A stretch of 56,728 bases of DNA from a virus (lineage: Duplodnaviria; Caudoviricetes), in the IMG/VR virus record IMGVR_UViG_3300008262_000238, positions 1 to 56,728 of that record. One strand, 5' to 3'. Position numbers and translations under genes: made by a program. Position 1 is the stretch's first letter. Each line of letters starts with the position of its first letter. This document shows positions 45,600-55,098 of the stretch, piece after piece. The notes under the pieces were generated by a model. That model had not been told where the DNA came from and made no database searches. It was given only the letters and a program-made list of their open reading frames with translations.

Positions 45600-46360
45600 A
45601 CATTTGTTAACCCCATCAGTGGGGATTTTTGTTAATAACTTTATGTTAAAAAACTTGTTTTTGTCAAAATGTCAGTCGTGAGTTAAACACGACACAATCC
45701 CCTCACAGGGTTTTAACCTTCCCACTCCTTCCCACAATCAACCAAAAAAACCTGACAAATTGTACCTGACAATATGTCTGGCGTCAATTTTTCCCCTCTG
45801 TAGGGGTCAAGAAAACCACTTTTTTAACTATATATAAATTCCAGCAAAAAATATATAGTTATACCTGTAGAGCGGTGGACAGTCCTTTAGGACGTTAGGT
45901 TAATCTCTTCAACCCGACTAAAAGGAGGTTCAACCCCCACTTTATGTGGGTTATAGTGTCCCTCACAACATTTCTCCCTTCAATAATAAGACACCTAAAC
46001 AACATACTAAATAGTTCCTTAAAACTGATTTATTTAAATAATCATTTATGATCCCCATGGTAAATCACAAACGAACAACATTATATGTTCTTACATATAA
46101 TTCACCACAAAATAATGAAATTATATGTAAATGAATATAATATAGAACAACTTGATCTGTTACTCTATTGTCTTCTGAATAAATGGGGGTAAGTAACGAC
46201 CTTGTTCATAAGACGAGGGTAAATAACACCCCCTTCATTAAAGATGGGGAGAACGAAACGAAGTGGGGTGATTTAAAAAAAAGGGGGGATATAAGAGTAT
46301 AGGATTAAATTATGAATGAGATCCGTAGTGAGTTTACGAACGGTAGGATGGAATGAATGA
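45600..46360. other. Long non-coding region (candidate origin/packaging/terminus region)
   Basis: ~760 nt with no ORF >=60 aa; G/C runs; clustered TGTCA/TGACA motifs. Confidence 0.4.
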
Positions 46361-46362
46361 TT

Positions 46363-47196
46363 TTATCCTATAGTCTTCTTATCTATTAACGATAATCTTT
46401 CAGTCTCTATATCACAATATTCTTTGGATAACTCTGAACCAATATAGTTTCTGTTTGTTAGTATACACATTTTTGATGTTGTACCACTTCCCATAAACGG
46501 ATCATATATTAAATCATTTTCATTTGACCAACTCATTATATGTCTTCTTACCAATTCTTCAGGGAATATTGCTGGATGTTTAAATGCAATCTTATCATTT
46601 GTTGTATTACCACCACCCACATAGAAATCCCATATATTATATTCAGGAACCATCTCCTTAACAAAGTAATCATTCTCATTAAACTCTCCGTCTTGATTTC
46701 TTGAGAACTTTTTCTTTCTATATGTTCTCTTATCATTACATTTATTACTTCTCTCCCTGAGTTCTATATTGGTTGTCTTTGGTTTACCTTTTGAGAACAC
46801 AAACATATACTCAAACATCTGTTGATATCTTGTCCCCGAATTTGGCATAGGATTTAATTTCCTATAGATCATTGTGTCGTGAACGTTAAACCCAATCTCC
46901 TTAAAATATAATGCTTGCCTAAATGAATTTAATGTTTCGGATCCATTAACCATGCTGTCATTTACAACCCACACAACAACTCCACCTTTTTTGGTAACCC
47001 TATATAATTCTGTTGATATTTGCTCAAACGGAAATGAATACCCATTGTGATCATCACTTATTTTTCCCACCCTGTTGTTGTAATTTCTGATTTCATCATA
47101 TGGTGGCGAAGTTATTGTTAGATCAATAAAATCATTTGGCATTGATTTCATTGTAGTTAAACAACTCTCATTATATGTCTTATTGATCTCCATCAT
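46363..47196 (-). CDS. Beta-class DNA amino-methyltransferase (likely N4-C)
   Basis: TSPPY catalytic motif, HPAIFP, DPFMGSGTT SAM-binding motif. Confidence 0.92.
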   Translation of the reverse strand: MMEINKTYNESCLTTMKSMPNDFIDLTITSPPYDEIRNYNNRVGKISDDHNGYSFPFEQISTELYRVTKKGGVVVWVVNDSMVNGSETLNSFRQALYFKEIGFNVHDTMIYRKLNPMPNSGTRYQQMFEYMFVFSKGKPKTTNIELRERSNKCNDKRTYRKKKFSRNQDGEFNENDYFVKEMVPEYNIWDFYVGGGNTTNDKIAFKHPAIFPEELVRRHIMSWSNENDLIYDPFMGSGTTSKMCILTNRNYIGSELSKEYCDIETERLSLIDKKTIG

Positions 47197-47281
47197 TTAA
47201 TATTTTTTATTGCAATCAGGTCAACCTTATTCTTGTCTTGTGGTAAGGTACTTCACATATACCCAACCGTTATAAGTAATA

Positions 47282-47473
47282 TTATTTTTGTTCAGATATA
47301 TTTAATATTGATGAACTATGCTGTTCTCCACAATCAGAACACCAACAAACTTGTATTATCATAGACACTTTCCCAAAGTTTTTATCTTTATAAAAATCAT
47401 TACCACTTTCAATATTTGTCTCTATCATATTAGAAACAACATTTGTACTTTTACATTTTTTACATTCAAACAT
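47282..47473 (-). CDS. Small Zn-ribbon protein (cassette 2)
   Basis: CKKC...CSDC; bounded by GTTATAAGT/ACTTATAAC. Confidence 0.65.
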   Translation of the reverse strand: MFECKKCKSTNVVSNMIETNIESGNDFYKDKNFGKVSMIIQVCWCSDCGEQHSSSILNISEQK

Positions 47474-47510
47474 AGTTCATTTTTTAATTGTTAAACAAAA
47501 ATAATACAAC

Positions 47511-47564
47511 TTATAACAAATGATAAACAACATTAAAACGATTGTTTATCATCGGACGTTATAA
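47511..47564 (-). mobile_element. attC-like recombination site
   Basis: TTATAAC-GTCCG-ATGATAAACAA...TTGTTTATCAT-TT-GTTATAA imperfect hairpin between two short genes. Confidence 0.6.
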
Positions 47565-47578
47565 ACAATAAAAAATTA

Positions 47579-47809
47579 TTATTGTTCTTCATCTACAATA
47601 AACCAATTTCCGTTAAAAATATTTAGTTCTCCGTTAGCGTTCTTTTGGTTAATTATCTCATACCAGTTTGTTGGTAAGTTATCTATAATTTCAATCTCAA
47701 ACTCAATATTTTCTTTATCAAGCATTAACACTTTATAGTTACCAAAATCGTAATTGTACAATAGTGTTCCAATCTCCAATTGATTTATTGTTTCTAATTT
47801 CTGTTTCAT
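47579..47809 (-). CDS. Hypothetical protein (cassette 1)
   Basis: Bounded by GTTATAAACA/TGTTTATAAC. Confidence 0.65.
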   Translation of the reverse strand: MKQKLETINQLEIGTLLYNYDFGNYKVLMLDKENIEFEIEIIDNLPTNWYEIINQKNANGELNIFNGNWFIVDEEQ

Positions 47810-47870
47810 AATTTTTTACATGTTTATAACAACAAATATACAAAAAAAATTCTAATACTATTATAGTTTA

Positions 47871-48326
47871 TTAAATAGTTTGGTGATAATATTTTATATA
47901 ATAGTTAATAACCATATCATATATTTCTGAAATTACCTCATCAGATAATTCGTCGTATCCCATATATCGTCCAGCTGTAACTTGTTCCCGTTCCCGTCCA
48001 CCATAATAATATACTGAAACATAATGAGAAAATAACCCTTCTATTTGACTAAGTGTTTCATCAGTATCTGTTAATACTATTGGGGTTTCGTACATATCAT
48101 ATAGAATTAAAATGTTATTATCATCGTGATTATATACAAGATCACTTATAATTTTTATTTTTAATCGTTTGGTTAGTGAATCATCCCCTATTATATCAAG
48201 TATTCTTTTTATCCCACCGAAGATCTTTGTTGCGGTAATGAATCCAGCATCATTAATGGTTTTTATTACCATCCTTTGTTTCGGATTGGTTTCTTCCCTT
48301 AATATATGTCTAATTCTTTCTTTCAT
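47871..48326 (-). CDS. Protein with MKERIRHILREE leader
   Basis: Shared leader. Confidence 0.78.
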   Translation of the reverse strand: MKERIRHILREETNPKQRMVIKTINDAGFITATKIFGGIKRILDIIGDDSLTKRLKIKIISDLVYNHDDNNILILYDMYETPIVLTDTDETLSQIEGLFSHYVSVYYYGGREREQVTAGRYMGYDELSDEVISEIYDMVINYYIKYYHQTI

Positions 48327-48327
48327 A

Positions 48328-48789
48328 TTATCCCATCGTTTCTAAATCTCCACCATCAGTTGTAAAGATGTTTTTTGGGACTATCCCATATTGATTTTTG
48401 ATCCATATTTTAATCCACAGTAAAATATAGAAATGATCACCATTTTCCATAGTGTTTATTACCTTTAAAATATCATTGGACATAAATAATGTTCCACCAT
48501 CATTCATTTCCTCCGTTAGGGCAAAATAGTTTAATCCTTCCCTGAATCTCAATAATGTATACTCATCATCATATTCATCAACAAAAATTATCTCATCCAT
48601 ATCATTAAACAAATTGAGAAATTTCATTGAGTTTTCTACCCCCAATATTCTAATCAAATTATTAACCCCTCCTACCGAACTTATTGCTTGGGAAAGTCCC
48701 GCACCTCTAATAATGGAGATGATCCTTGATCTGAGTCTTTCTTCTCTGCTTTGCTCTTCCCTTAATATATGTCTAATTCTTTCTTTCAT
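48328..48789 (-). CDS. Protein with MKERIRHILREE leader
   Basis: Shared leader. Confidence 0.78.
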   Translation of the reverse strand: MKERIRHILREEQSREERLRSRIISIIRGAGLSQAISSVGGVNNLIRILGVENSMKFLNLFNDMDEIIFVDEYDDEYTLLRFREGLNYFALTEEMNDGGTLFMSNDILKVINTMENGDHFYILLWIKIWIKNQYGIVPKNIFTTDGGDLETMG

Positions 48790-49226
48790 TATTTAATTTC
48801 ATTTAAATGCTTTGACGTTGTGGAGATAATCATAAAATCTTTTAAATTATATTCCTGACCCAACCAATCATATAAGTAATTTATTGTATCATTATTGTTT
48901 AATTCAAAATCATCTCTTAGAACATCCACTATTTTAGCATCATCAATATAAAGTCTATTTACTATATAACTAAAAACCATCAGGTTATGGTTTTCTTTAT
49001 ATGGATATTTATACAATCCAGATATTTCTTCTGATTCTATTGGTGTCATTCCATTAAATAGATGTAGGTAATCCATTGGTGTTTCAATATTCATTATTTT
49101 TTTAAAATTATCAAAACCACCTACCATTTGAAATGTCTTTTCCACCCCAAGATCTTTGATCATAGTCATAACTCTATTTTGAATTGATCTTTCTTCTCTT
49201 AATATATGTCTAATTCTTTCTTTCAT
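48789..49226 (-). CDS. Protein with MKERIRHILREE leader
   Basis: Shared leader. Confidence 0.78.
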   Translation of the reverse strand: MKERIRHILREERSIQNRVMTMIKDLGVEKTFQMVGGFDNFKKIMNIETPMDYLHLFNGMTPIESEEISGLYKYPYKENHNLMVFSYIVNRLYIDDAKIVDVLRDDFELNNNDTINYLYDWLGQEYNLKDFMIISTTSKHLNEIK

Positions 49227-49229
49227 CTT

Positions 49230-49682
49230 TTAATCCGCATATATTATATCCCCGCTTGGTAAAAAATAGAGTGCCCTTCGGATATCCCCTTTAATGTTAT
49301 ATTCATTTTTGAACCATAGCTTTATTGTTGATGATCTATCTGATTCGTTTCTATAAAAATGACTAACCCCCTCAAGTATTCTACTACCCACATATAATTT
49401 TATATACCCATAATCTTCTTCATTAAGAACAAATTGAATGACTCCTTCATCTGTTTTATAAAATATATCATTACCATCAATTTCAATATTTAATCCTTTG
49501 AATATTTTCAAGAATTGTATTGGATTATGTATATCTAAAAACCTGAACAGATTATCCATACCTCCCACCAAATTCGCCGCAAATTTTGTCCCCTCATTTT
49601 TTATCATTGATAATAACTTCTCTTTGAAAACTTCCTTTCTTTCTTCCCTTAATATTCTTCTTATGGATTCTTGTAGGTTCAT
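49230..49682 (-). CDS. Protein with MNLQESIRRILREE leader
   Basis: Shared leader. Confidence 0.78.
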   Translation of the reverse strand: MNLQESIRRILREERKEVFKEKLLSMIKNEGTKFAANLVGGMDNLFRFLDIHNPIQFLKIFKGLNIEIDGNDIFYKTDEGVIQFVLNEEDYGYIKLYVGSRILEGVSHFYRNESDRSSTIKLWFKNEYNIKGDIRRALYFLPSGDIIYAD

Positions 49683-49687
49683 TTTTT

Positions 49688-50002
49688 TTAATGATATAAT
49701 TTATATAATTGTTTAATTTTACCCTCAAGTACGTTGGAAACTTTTTTTACAAATTCTATCTCTTCTTGTTCTGGTAAATCTTCCCATCCCAATTCATATT
49801 CATTCCACATAATTGCCTCCACGGCTCTTAAAGTTAATTCATATTTAAATTGTTCATAACTTTCTGTTTCACCATATACTTGTTCGGCGTTTACTGGAAG
49901 TAACCTACTAACCTGATCAATATCAATTCTTCTACGAAAGAATTTTGATTCATTCAATAGTTCTTCTTTTAATATTCTTCTTATGTTCTCTTGTAGGTTC
50001 AT
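49688..50002 (-). CDS. Protein with MNLQENIRRILKEE leader
   Basis: Shared leader. Confidence 0.78.
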   Translation of the reverse strand: MNLQENIRRILKEELLNESKFFRRRIDIDQVSRLLPVNAEQVYGETESYEQFKYELTLRAVEAIMWNEYELGWEDLPEQEEIEFVKKVSNVLEGKIKQLYKLYH

Positions 50003-50003
50003 A

Positions 50004-50420
50004 TTAACACCATACTGATGATACTTTTATGTCGTTTCCTCTAACTATTCCTTTTCCTAATTCATAAACCATATCTCTAATTTTTTCTTCTAAATCAATT
50101 TCTATACTTCTGTTGATCCACGCATCTAAATTGTTTGGGTCACGTAATGGAATATTAACAAGAGTTCTAATTGAATGAAACCATTTTGACACTACAAAGT
50201 TACATATTGGTTCATTTAAATCGTGTTTTAATATTGTATTAACAATAAACATCATATCTTCCTGTGTTCCTTTTAATTCAAGTATTTTATGAACTTTTTC
50301 TAACGAACCTATTACATTTGATGCCCTTAAAAACCCATTGTTTTTTACCAAATCTCTAACAACACTTTTAAGGGATCTTTCTTCCCTTAATACTCTTCTT
50401 ATGGATTCTTGTAGGTTCAT
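50004..50420 (-). CDS. Protein with MNLQESIRRVLREE leader
   Basis: Shared leader. Confidence 0.78.
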   Translation of the reverse strand: MNLQESIRRVLREERSLKSVVRDLVKNNGFLRASNVIGSLEKVHKILELKGTQEDMMFIVNTILKHDLNEPICNFVVSKWFHSIRTLVNIPLRDPNNLDAWINRSIEIDLEEKIRDMVYELGKGIVRGNDIKVSSVWC

Positions 50421-50891
50421 TTAAAATTTTTTTATTTTAGAGAGTACGTTAATGATATTATCTAATTCTGATATAGATAGGTTTTTTAATTTTTCGGCTC
50501 CATCATAATAATTTTCCCAATCATACTCCCCCATGTCTTCATCATAACCATATTGTTTGTATGTGTAAAATCCGGCAACATAAATATCAATTACTTCCGT
50601 AATATATTTAGAATAATCTGTGTTATTATGTCTTGTATTAACAAAAATATCGTGGTCTCTAACATCAATATAATCCCCATTTTCTTCACCATATCTTTTC
50701 ACAATCTCACTTATCAATTCTATCATTTCACTTTTAGTTATATTATCTCCATATAGTTTTTTAAACTTACTATAATTCCCTACCGCTCTGATCGTATTTA
50801 ATACCCCAAACTTATCAATCATGGTCTTTAATTTATCTGTGATTGATGACTCTTCCTTTAATATTCTTCTTATGGATTCTTGTAGGTTCAT
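50421..50891 (-). CDS. Protein with MNLQESIRRILKEE leader
   Basis: Shared leader. Confidence 0.78.
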   Translation of the reverse strand: MNLQESIRRILKEESSITDKLKTMIDKFGVLNTIRAVGNYSKFKKLYGDNITKSEMIELISEIVKRYGEENGDYIDVRDHDIFVNTRHNNTDYSKYITEVIDIYVAGFYTYKQYGYDEDMGEYDWENYYDGAEKLKNLSISELDNIINVLSKIKKF

Positions 50892-50892
50892 A

Positions 50893-51291
50893 TTATTGTT
50901 TCGGTATCATTTTTAAATATGGTAGGGGTTTATTCATCATATAATATGCTAACGCTCTGTGGTTTCCTTCATTTCCTACCGCTGGATAATCAAGTCCCCT
51001 TTTTTTAATGTCTCTAACAAGTTTTCTAATATAGGGGTCTTCCTTTGCGTTCTCAATATCCCACTCACCAAAAACAGAAAATAAATACTCCTCGTTTTCT
51101 TCAGGACTAATTAAAACATATTCATATAAATAATCTTCAGGACCCTCATCGTAATTATCTTCAAACATAACTTCTATATCTTGTTTTGTTTGTTCAGGTA
51201 ATTCGTTAAATTCATATGATTCACCAACAACCCCTTTGAACTTATTGGTTTCCTCCCTTAATATTCTTCTTATGTTTTCTTGTAGGTTCAT
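50893..51291 (-). CDS. Leader-bearing protein with ParB/Srx-like EGNHR motif
   Basis: I...GL.YP...EGNHRALA. Confidence 0.7.
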   Translation of the reverse strand: MNLQENIRRILREETNKFKGVVGESYEFNELPEQTKQDIEVMFEDNYDEGPEDYLYEYVLISPEENEEYLFSVFGEWDIENAKEDPYIRKLVRDIKKRGLDYPAVGNEGNHRALAYYMMNKPLPYLKMIPKQ

Positions 51292-51893
51292 TTTGTATAA
51301 TAAGTAATTATATTAATTGCATGTTTAACAACCATGCTACCCGCAAGGTTCCACATTTCATCCAGAATTGTGTCGTCACCTTTTATTACCTTTTGAAGTA
51401 TTTTCTTGTTTAATCTAACAATGTTTTCTTCATTATGTTCTAAACCATTTTCTTTTATGATTCTGTGAGATATTATGGGAATCATACTTCTTACATCTTG
51501 GATTGCCTGTTTAAACTCACTTTCGGAAGGTTTATTCAATTCTTCCCTTAATATTCTTCTTATGTTCTCTTGTAGGTTCTCAACTAATCTGTAACTAAAT
51601 CTTGGTTTTTTTAATATTTTAGCAGCAATTAACCTATGGTAACCATCTTCTAAACCTTTTTCATCATAAACCAAATCAGTTATCTTATCGGGGTTATTAA
51701 TAAAGTGTTTTATTGTCTTTATGTTTTCATTCTTGTGGTCAGATAGTGAATCCCAATTATCAACAATATCTTGTAAAGTATAATCTTTTAAAGTATTAAA
51801 CTTTGAATTTTTGTACTTACTAAATTCTTTATTAGTTGATTTAGTTTTTTTATCTTCCCTTAATATTCTTTTTATGTTCTCTTGTAGGTTCAT
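51288..51893 (-). CDS. Fusion of two leader-bearing modules; first has ParB-like DGYHR
   Basis: MNLQENIKRILRE start and internal NLQENIRRILREE. Confidence 0.72.
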   Translation of the reverse strand: MNLQENIKRILREDKKTKSTNKEFSKYKNSKFNTLKDYTLQDIVDNWDSLSDHKNENIKTIKHFINNPDKITDLVYDEKGLEDGYHRLIAAKILKKPRFSYRLVENLQENIRRILREELNKPSESEFKQAIQDVRSMIPIISHRIIKENGLEHNEENIVRLNKKILQKVIKGDDTILDEMWNLAGSMVVKHAINIITYYTK

Positions 51894-51922
51894 AATTATA
51901 AATATCATATATTTATCTTTAT

Positions 51923-52357
51923 ATGAAAGTTATTATAAACGAAAATAGAATGAAGCCAATTCTACGTAAACTTCTTAATATGGTATACGAAGGGTTTGAT
52001 GATATTTACTATGATTGGGCTGATTATAATTGCGGAATGGGAGTATGTTGTGATCCATATGCCGTTGGATTTACTCTACCTAAAAGTCATCATGATGACT
52101 ATCTATTTAAGTTGGTTGATGGTGAAAAATATGATGATGATGGGGATTATCCTGAAGAACTTAAAGGTGATTTACCTGAACCTTGTTATGAACGTCCAGA
52201 TCTAAAAAATCCTTACTTTGATACCATAATATTTTATGATGATTATGCCGAACGAATTAAGAATGTTTTGGGTAATGAAAAAAATTGGGAATTTGTTTTA
52301 TTGGATGTAATAAATGAAATGTTTGGGTGTGACGCAATTAGAATTATTTTTAGATAA
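51923..52357 (+). CDS. Protein with MKVIINEN leader, inverted relative to the array
   Basis: 144-aa ORF after ATATTTAT. Confidence 0.72.
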   Translation: MKVIINENRMKPILRKLLNMVYEGFDDIYYDWADYNCGMGVCCDPYAVGFTLPKSHHDDYLFKLVDGEKYDDDGDYPEELKGDLPEPCYERPDLKNPYFDTIIFYDDYAERIKNVLGNEKNWEFVLLDVINEMFGCDAIRIIFR

Positions 52358-52381
52358 ATTAATCCCCACAATTTGACACTA

Positions 52382-52449
52382 CTTTTGAAATAAATAGGTA
52401 ATTCAGTTTCTTCCCTTAATATTCTTCTTATGGATTCTTGTAGGTTCAT
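52382..52449 (-). pseudogene. Truncated 5' duplicate of 52446-52778
   Basis: 68 nt identical to 52711-52778. Confidence 0.7.
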
Positions 52450-52778
52450 CTAATTTCGTAGAAGTGTTTTAGGTTTTGTTTTGAATAATATTTACTTAAA
52501 AAATCCCATAGTTGATTAAATCTGTTGTCACCATCACTGAGTTCTAATTCAAAGTTTTCAATTACCTCTTCTATTAAATTTGATGTGACAAGCACATTAA
52601 ATTTATATGGTGTCATCGCAAATAACTTTTTTTTATTGTCAGTGTATCTTTTTGACACCACCTTTAAAACAAATTGATATATTTGTTCAATAGTTTTCAT
52701 ATCTAACCTTCTTTTGAAATAAATAGGTAATTCAGTTTCTTCCCTTAATATTCTTCTTATGGATTCTTGTAGGTTCAT
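52446..52778 (-). CDS. Protein with MNLQESIRRILREE leader
   Basis: Shared leader. Confidence 0.78.
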   Translation of the reverse strand: MNLQESIRRILREETELPIYFKRRLDMKTIEQIYQFVLKVVSKRYTDNKKKLFAMTPYKFNVLVTSNLIEEVIENFELELSDGDNRFNQLWDFLSKYYSKQNLKHFYEIR

Positions 52779-52790
52779 GTCTATTAATTA

Positions 52791-53093
52791 TTACTCATTA
52801 TTACATTTTGTATCGGTTACCATTGTAAAGAGTTTCAATGGTAATATTTTTTTTATAAATTCATTTAATTGATTATCTAAAGTCCAAGGTGATGATCCGT
52901 TATATAAAAGCAAAATGACATATAATCCATCTGAAAATACGGCAGCAACATCACACACATTTTTTTCACCAACATACGCAATTGTTATTTTTTCCAAAGC
53001 ATCAGAAAATTTACCTCTTTCAACCCCTTCCTTATTGAACTTTTTTATTGTTTGTTCTTTGAGGGCTCTTCTTATATTTTTTTTAATTTCCAT
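52791..53093 (-). CDS. Protein with leader variant MEIKKNIRRALKE
   Basis: 100-aa ORF. Confidence 0.72.
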   Translation of the reverse strand: MEIKKNIRRALKEQTIKKFNKEGVERGKFSDALEKITIAYVGEKNVCDVAAVFSDGLYVILLLYNGSSPWTLDNQLNEFIKKILPLKLFTMVTDTKCNNE

Positions 53094-53098
53094 ATATT

Positions 53099-53551
53099 TT
53101 ATTTTACAGTTGCCATTGATGGGTATTGAAATGTTTTCTCCTTAAAATTATCAACAAATCTAGCCTTTATTCCGGTTTTAGATATGAAGAAGTCTCCCAC
53201 CACCGATTGTTTTTGCCAATCTAATTTATATACTCTTGATAGTATATTCCATATCTCATCCCAATCAACATACAAAATATTTGATACTGTATCATAAACC
53301 ATTAAATTCTTACCTGGTTTTCTTCTAAATAAGATCCATTCAGGTTTTACTTCACTTGGAACCATTTCCAAATCATCAAATATTTTAATATAATCATTTG
53401 GGTTTCCGTTAAATGCAATTCTATTAATGCTTTTAACATCAATACCAATCAACTGTGAAGTTTTTTTTAACCCATATTGTTTAACCATTGAGGTTAACTT
53501 ACTTTTTAGGGATCTTTCTTCTTTTAATATTTGTCTAATTATTTCTTTCAT
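53099..53551 (-). CDS. Protein with MKEIIRQILKEE leader
   Basis: Shared leader; NLMVY body similar to 48789. Confidence 0.75.
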   Translation of the reverse strand: MKEIIRQILKEERSLKSKLTSMVKQYGLKKTSQLIGIDVKSINRIAFNGNPNDYIKIFDDLEMVPSEVKPEWILFRRKPGKNLMVYDTVSNILYVDWDEIWNILSRVYKLDWQKQSVVGDFFISKTGIKARFVDNFKEKTFQYPSMATVK

Positions 53552-54141
53552 TTTTTGTCATTACCACTACTATATTTTATTTTACCGAACTCATCTCGTT
53601 CCCATTTTCTCCAATCACCATTTGAATCTTTATAAGTTTTTGGCATACCATCTTTATAATATTCATATCGTTTCCAGAATCCATCTGAATTTTCATAATA
53701 TATCATATTACCGTCATCATCATATTCATTTCTTTCTTTAAATCCTTTTGAATCAACTGAAAAAACCTGAGATCCAAAATCATTATATTTATTTAAAAAC
53801 CAATCACCAAAATGTGTTTCATAATATAAAATATTACCATTTTCATTAGCAATAGTTTGTCCGAAAGGGGAAACTCTAACAGGTTCACTAAATATATAAC
53901 TAAAGATCTCTGTGAATAATTCTAAATTATCATCAAGAAAATAAGAACGTAATGTTTGAAAATAAGGTGGTTCTATACCAGATAGGACATCATCTATGTC
54001 ATTCCCAAGGGTCTTTTTTAAATTCTTAAAACCACCAACAGCATTAATTGCACGAATCAATCCGTGTTTTGATATAAGATCTTTTATTTTTTGTGTTGAC
54101 GATCTTTCCTCCCTTAATATTTGTCTAATTATTTCTTTCAT
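53548..54141 (-). CDS. Leader-bearing protein with YD-like repeats
   Basis: EYDDDGNMIYYENSDG-type repeats. Confidence 0.72.
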   Translation of the reverse strand: MKEIIRQILREERSSTQKIKDLISKHGLIRAINAVGGFKNLKKTLGNDIDDVLSGIEPPYFQTLRSYFLDDNLELFTEIFSYIFSEPVRVSPFGQTIANENGNILYYETHFGDWFLNKYNDFGSQVFSVDSKGFKERNEYDDDGNMIYYENSDGFWKRYEYYKDGMPKTYKDSNGDWRKWERDEFGKIKYSSGNDKK

Positions 54142-54142
54142 T

Positions 54143-54634
54143 TTATCCAATGTGAAAATTATATCGTTTTTGGGATGTTATATCAATTTCAATATCATCC
54201 CAATCAAAATTATATTCATTACATAATATCTCACTGAAAGATCTAAATAGATATTTAATCTCATATTTTATGTTCCACCAATCATTATGAAAACGAATTT
54301 CGTCACCTAATAAATCATATGTTTTATCATATTCATTAACCTCACCTTCAATTATATCATAATAAAAAATAAGTTCATTATTGTTCGTATTTTCAATATG
54401 TTTTAAAGTAAATTTTATTTTATATCCACTCCTGTTTATTGAAAATATTTTTCCAAGTAAATACTTTGAGAGTACAATGGATGGTCTCATTTTTAATATC
54501 TTACCTATCGTTTCTATTCCTCCAAAATATAATGATGTTTCTTTTAACCCTTTGGTATCAATTAAATGTAATACTCTTTTTTGTAAAGATGTTTCTTCCT
54601 TCAATATTTTTATTATGGATTCCCTTAAAATCAT
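54143..54634 (-). CDS. Protein with MILRESIIKILKEE leader
   Basis: Shared leader; C-terminal body resembles 32141. Confidence 0.75.
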   Translation of the reverse strand: MILRESIIKILKEETSLQKRVLHLIDTKGLKETSLYFGGIETIGKILKMRPSIVLSKYLLGKIFSINRSGYKIKFTLKHIENTNNNELIFYYDIIEGEVNEYDKTYDLLGDEIRFHNDWWNIKYEIKYLFRSFSEILCNEYNFDWDDIEIDITSQKRYNFHIG

Positions 54635-54875
54635 ATATTATAAATATAACAAAACCCACAATCTATTGGATCATGGGTTTGTAAAACTTGATTTTTTTTA
54701 ATTATTCAAAATAGAATTTGTCAACAGGAATTCGTTTCTCCATATAGTTTTTGTTTGTGTATAGTCTTGAAAATGTTATTTTTTTGTAGTATTATAAAAA
54801 CCAAAAAAAGGTTCATCAAATCCAAGTGCTTTCATTCTTAAAGCAAGTGGATATGGTACAAATTCATATTCCATA

Positions 54876-55097
54876 TTACTTAATGTTTGTTAGTGGATAA
54901 GCATTTAAAAATCTATCTGCAACTAATTCAAAATTTTCCTTAGTTCTTGGGTAGTACTCATTAGCTGCTTCTTCCAATGCAGCTTCTACATGAAGTTTGG
55001 CAAATTCAATCATTACTTCTCTTATATCAAACTCTATACTTGGTACATTTTTATGTTGCAAGTCTAAAAATTCTTCTGCTGTTGGTATTTTTTCCAT
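54876..55097 (-). CDS. Small phage protein (IPTAEEF...MIEFAKLHVEAAL...YPL.NIK)
   Basis: 73-aa ORF. Confidence 0.7.
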   Translation of the reverse strand: MEKIPTAEEFLDLQHKNVPSIEFDIREVMIEFAKLHVEAALEEAANEYYPRTKENFELVADRFLNAYPLTNIK

Positions 55098-55098
55098 A

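Noticed and set aside
46363-47196. Restriction-modification system
   Set aside because: No adjacent recognisable endonuclease; looks like an orphan phage methyltransferase.
47871-54634. Diversity-generating retroelement
   Set aside because: No reverse transcriptase; repeats are at gene starts and do not show adenine-specific TR/VR differences.
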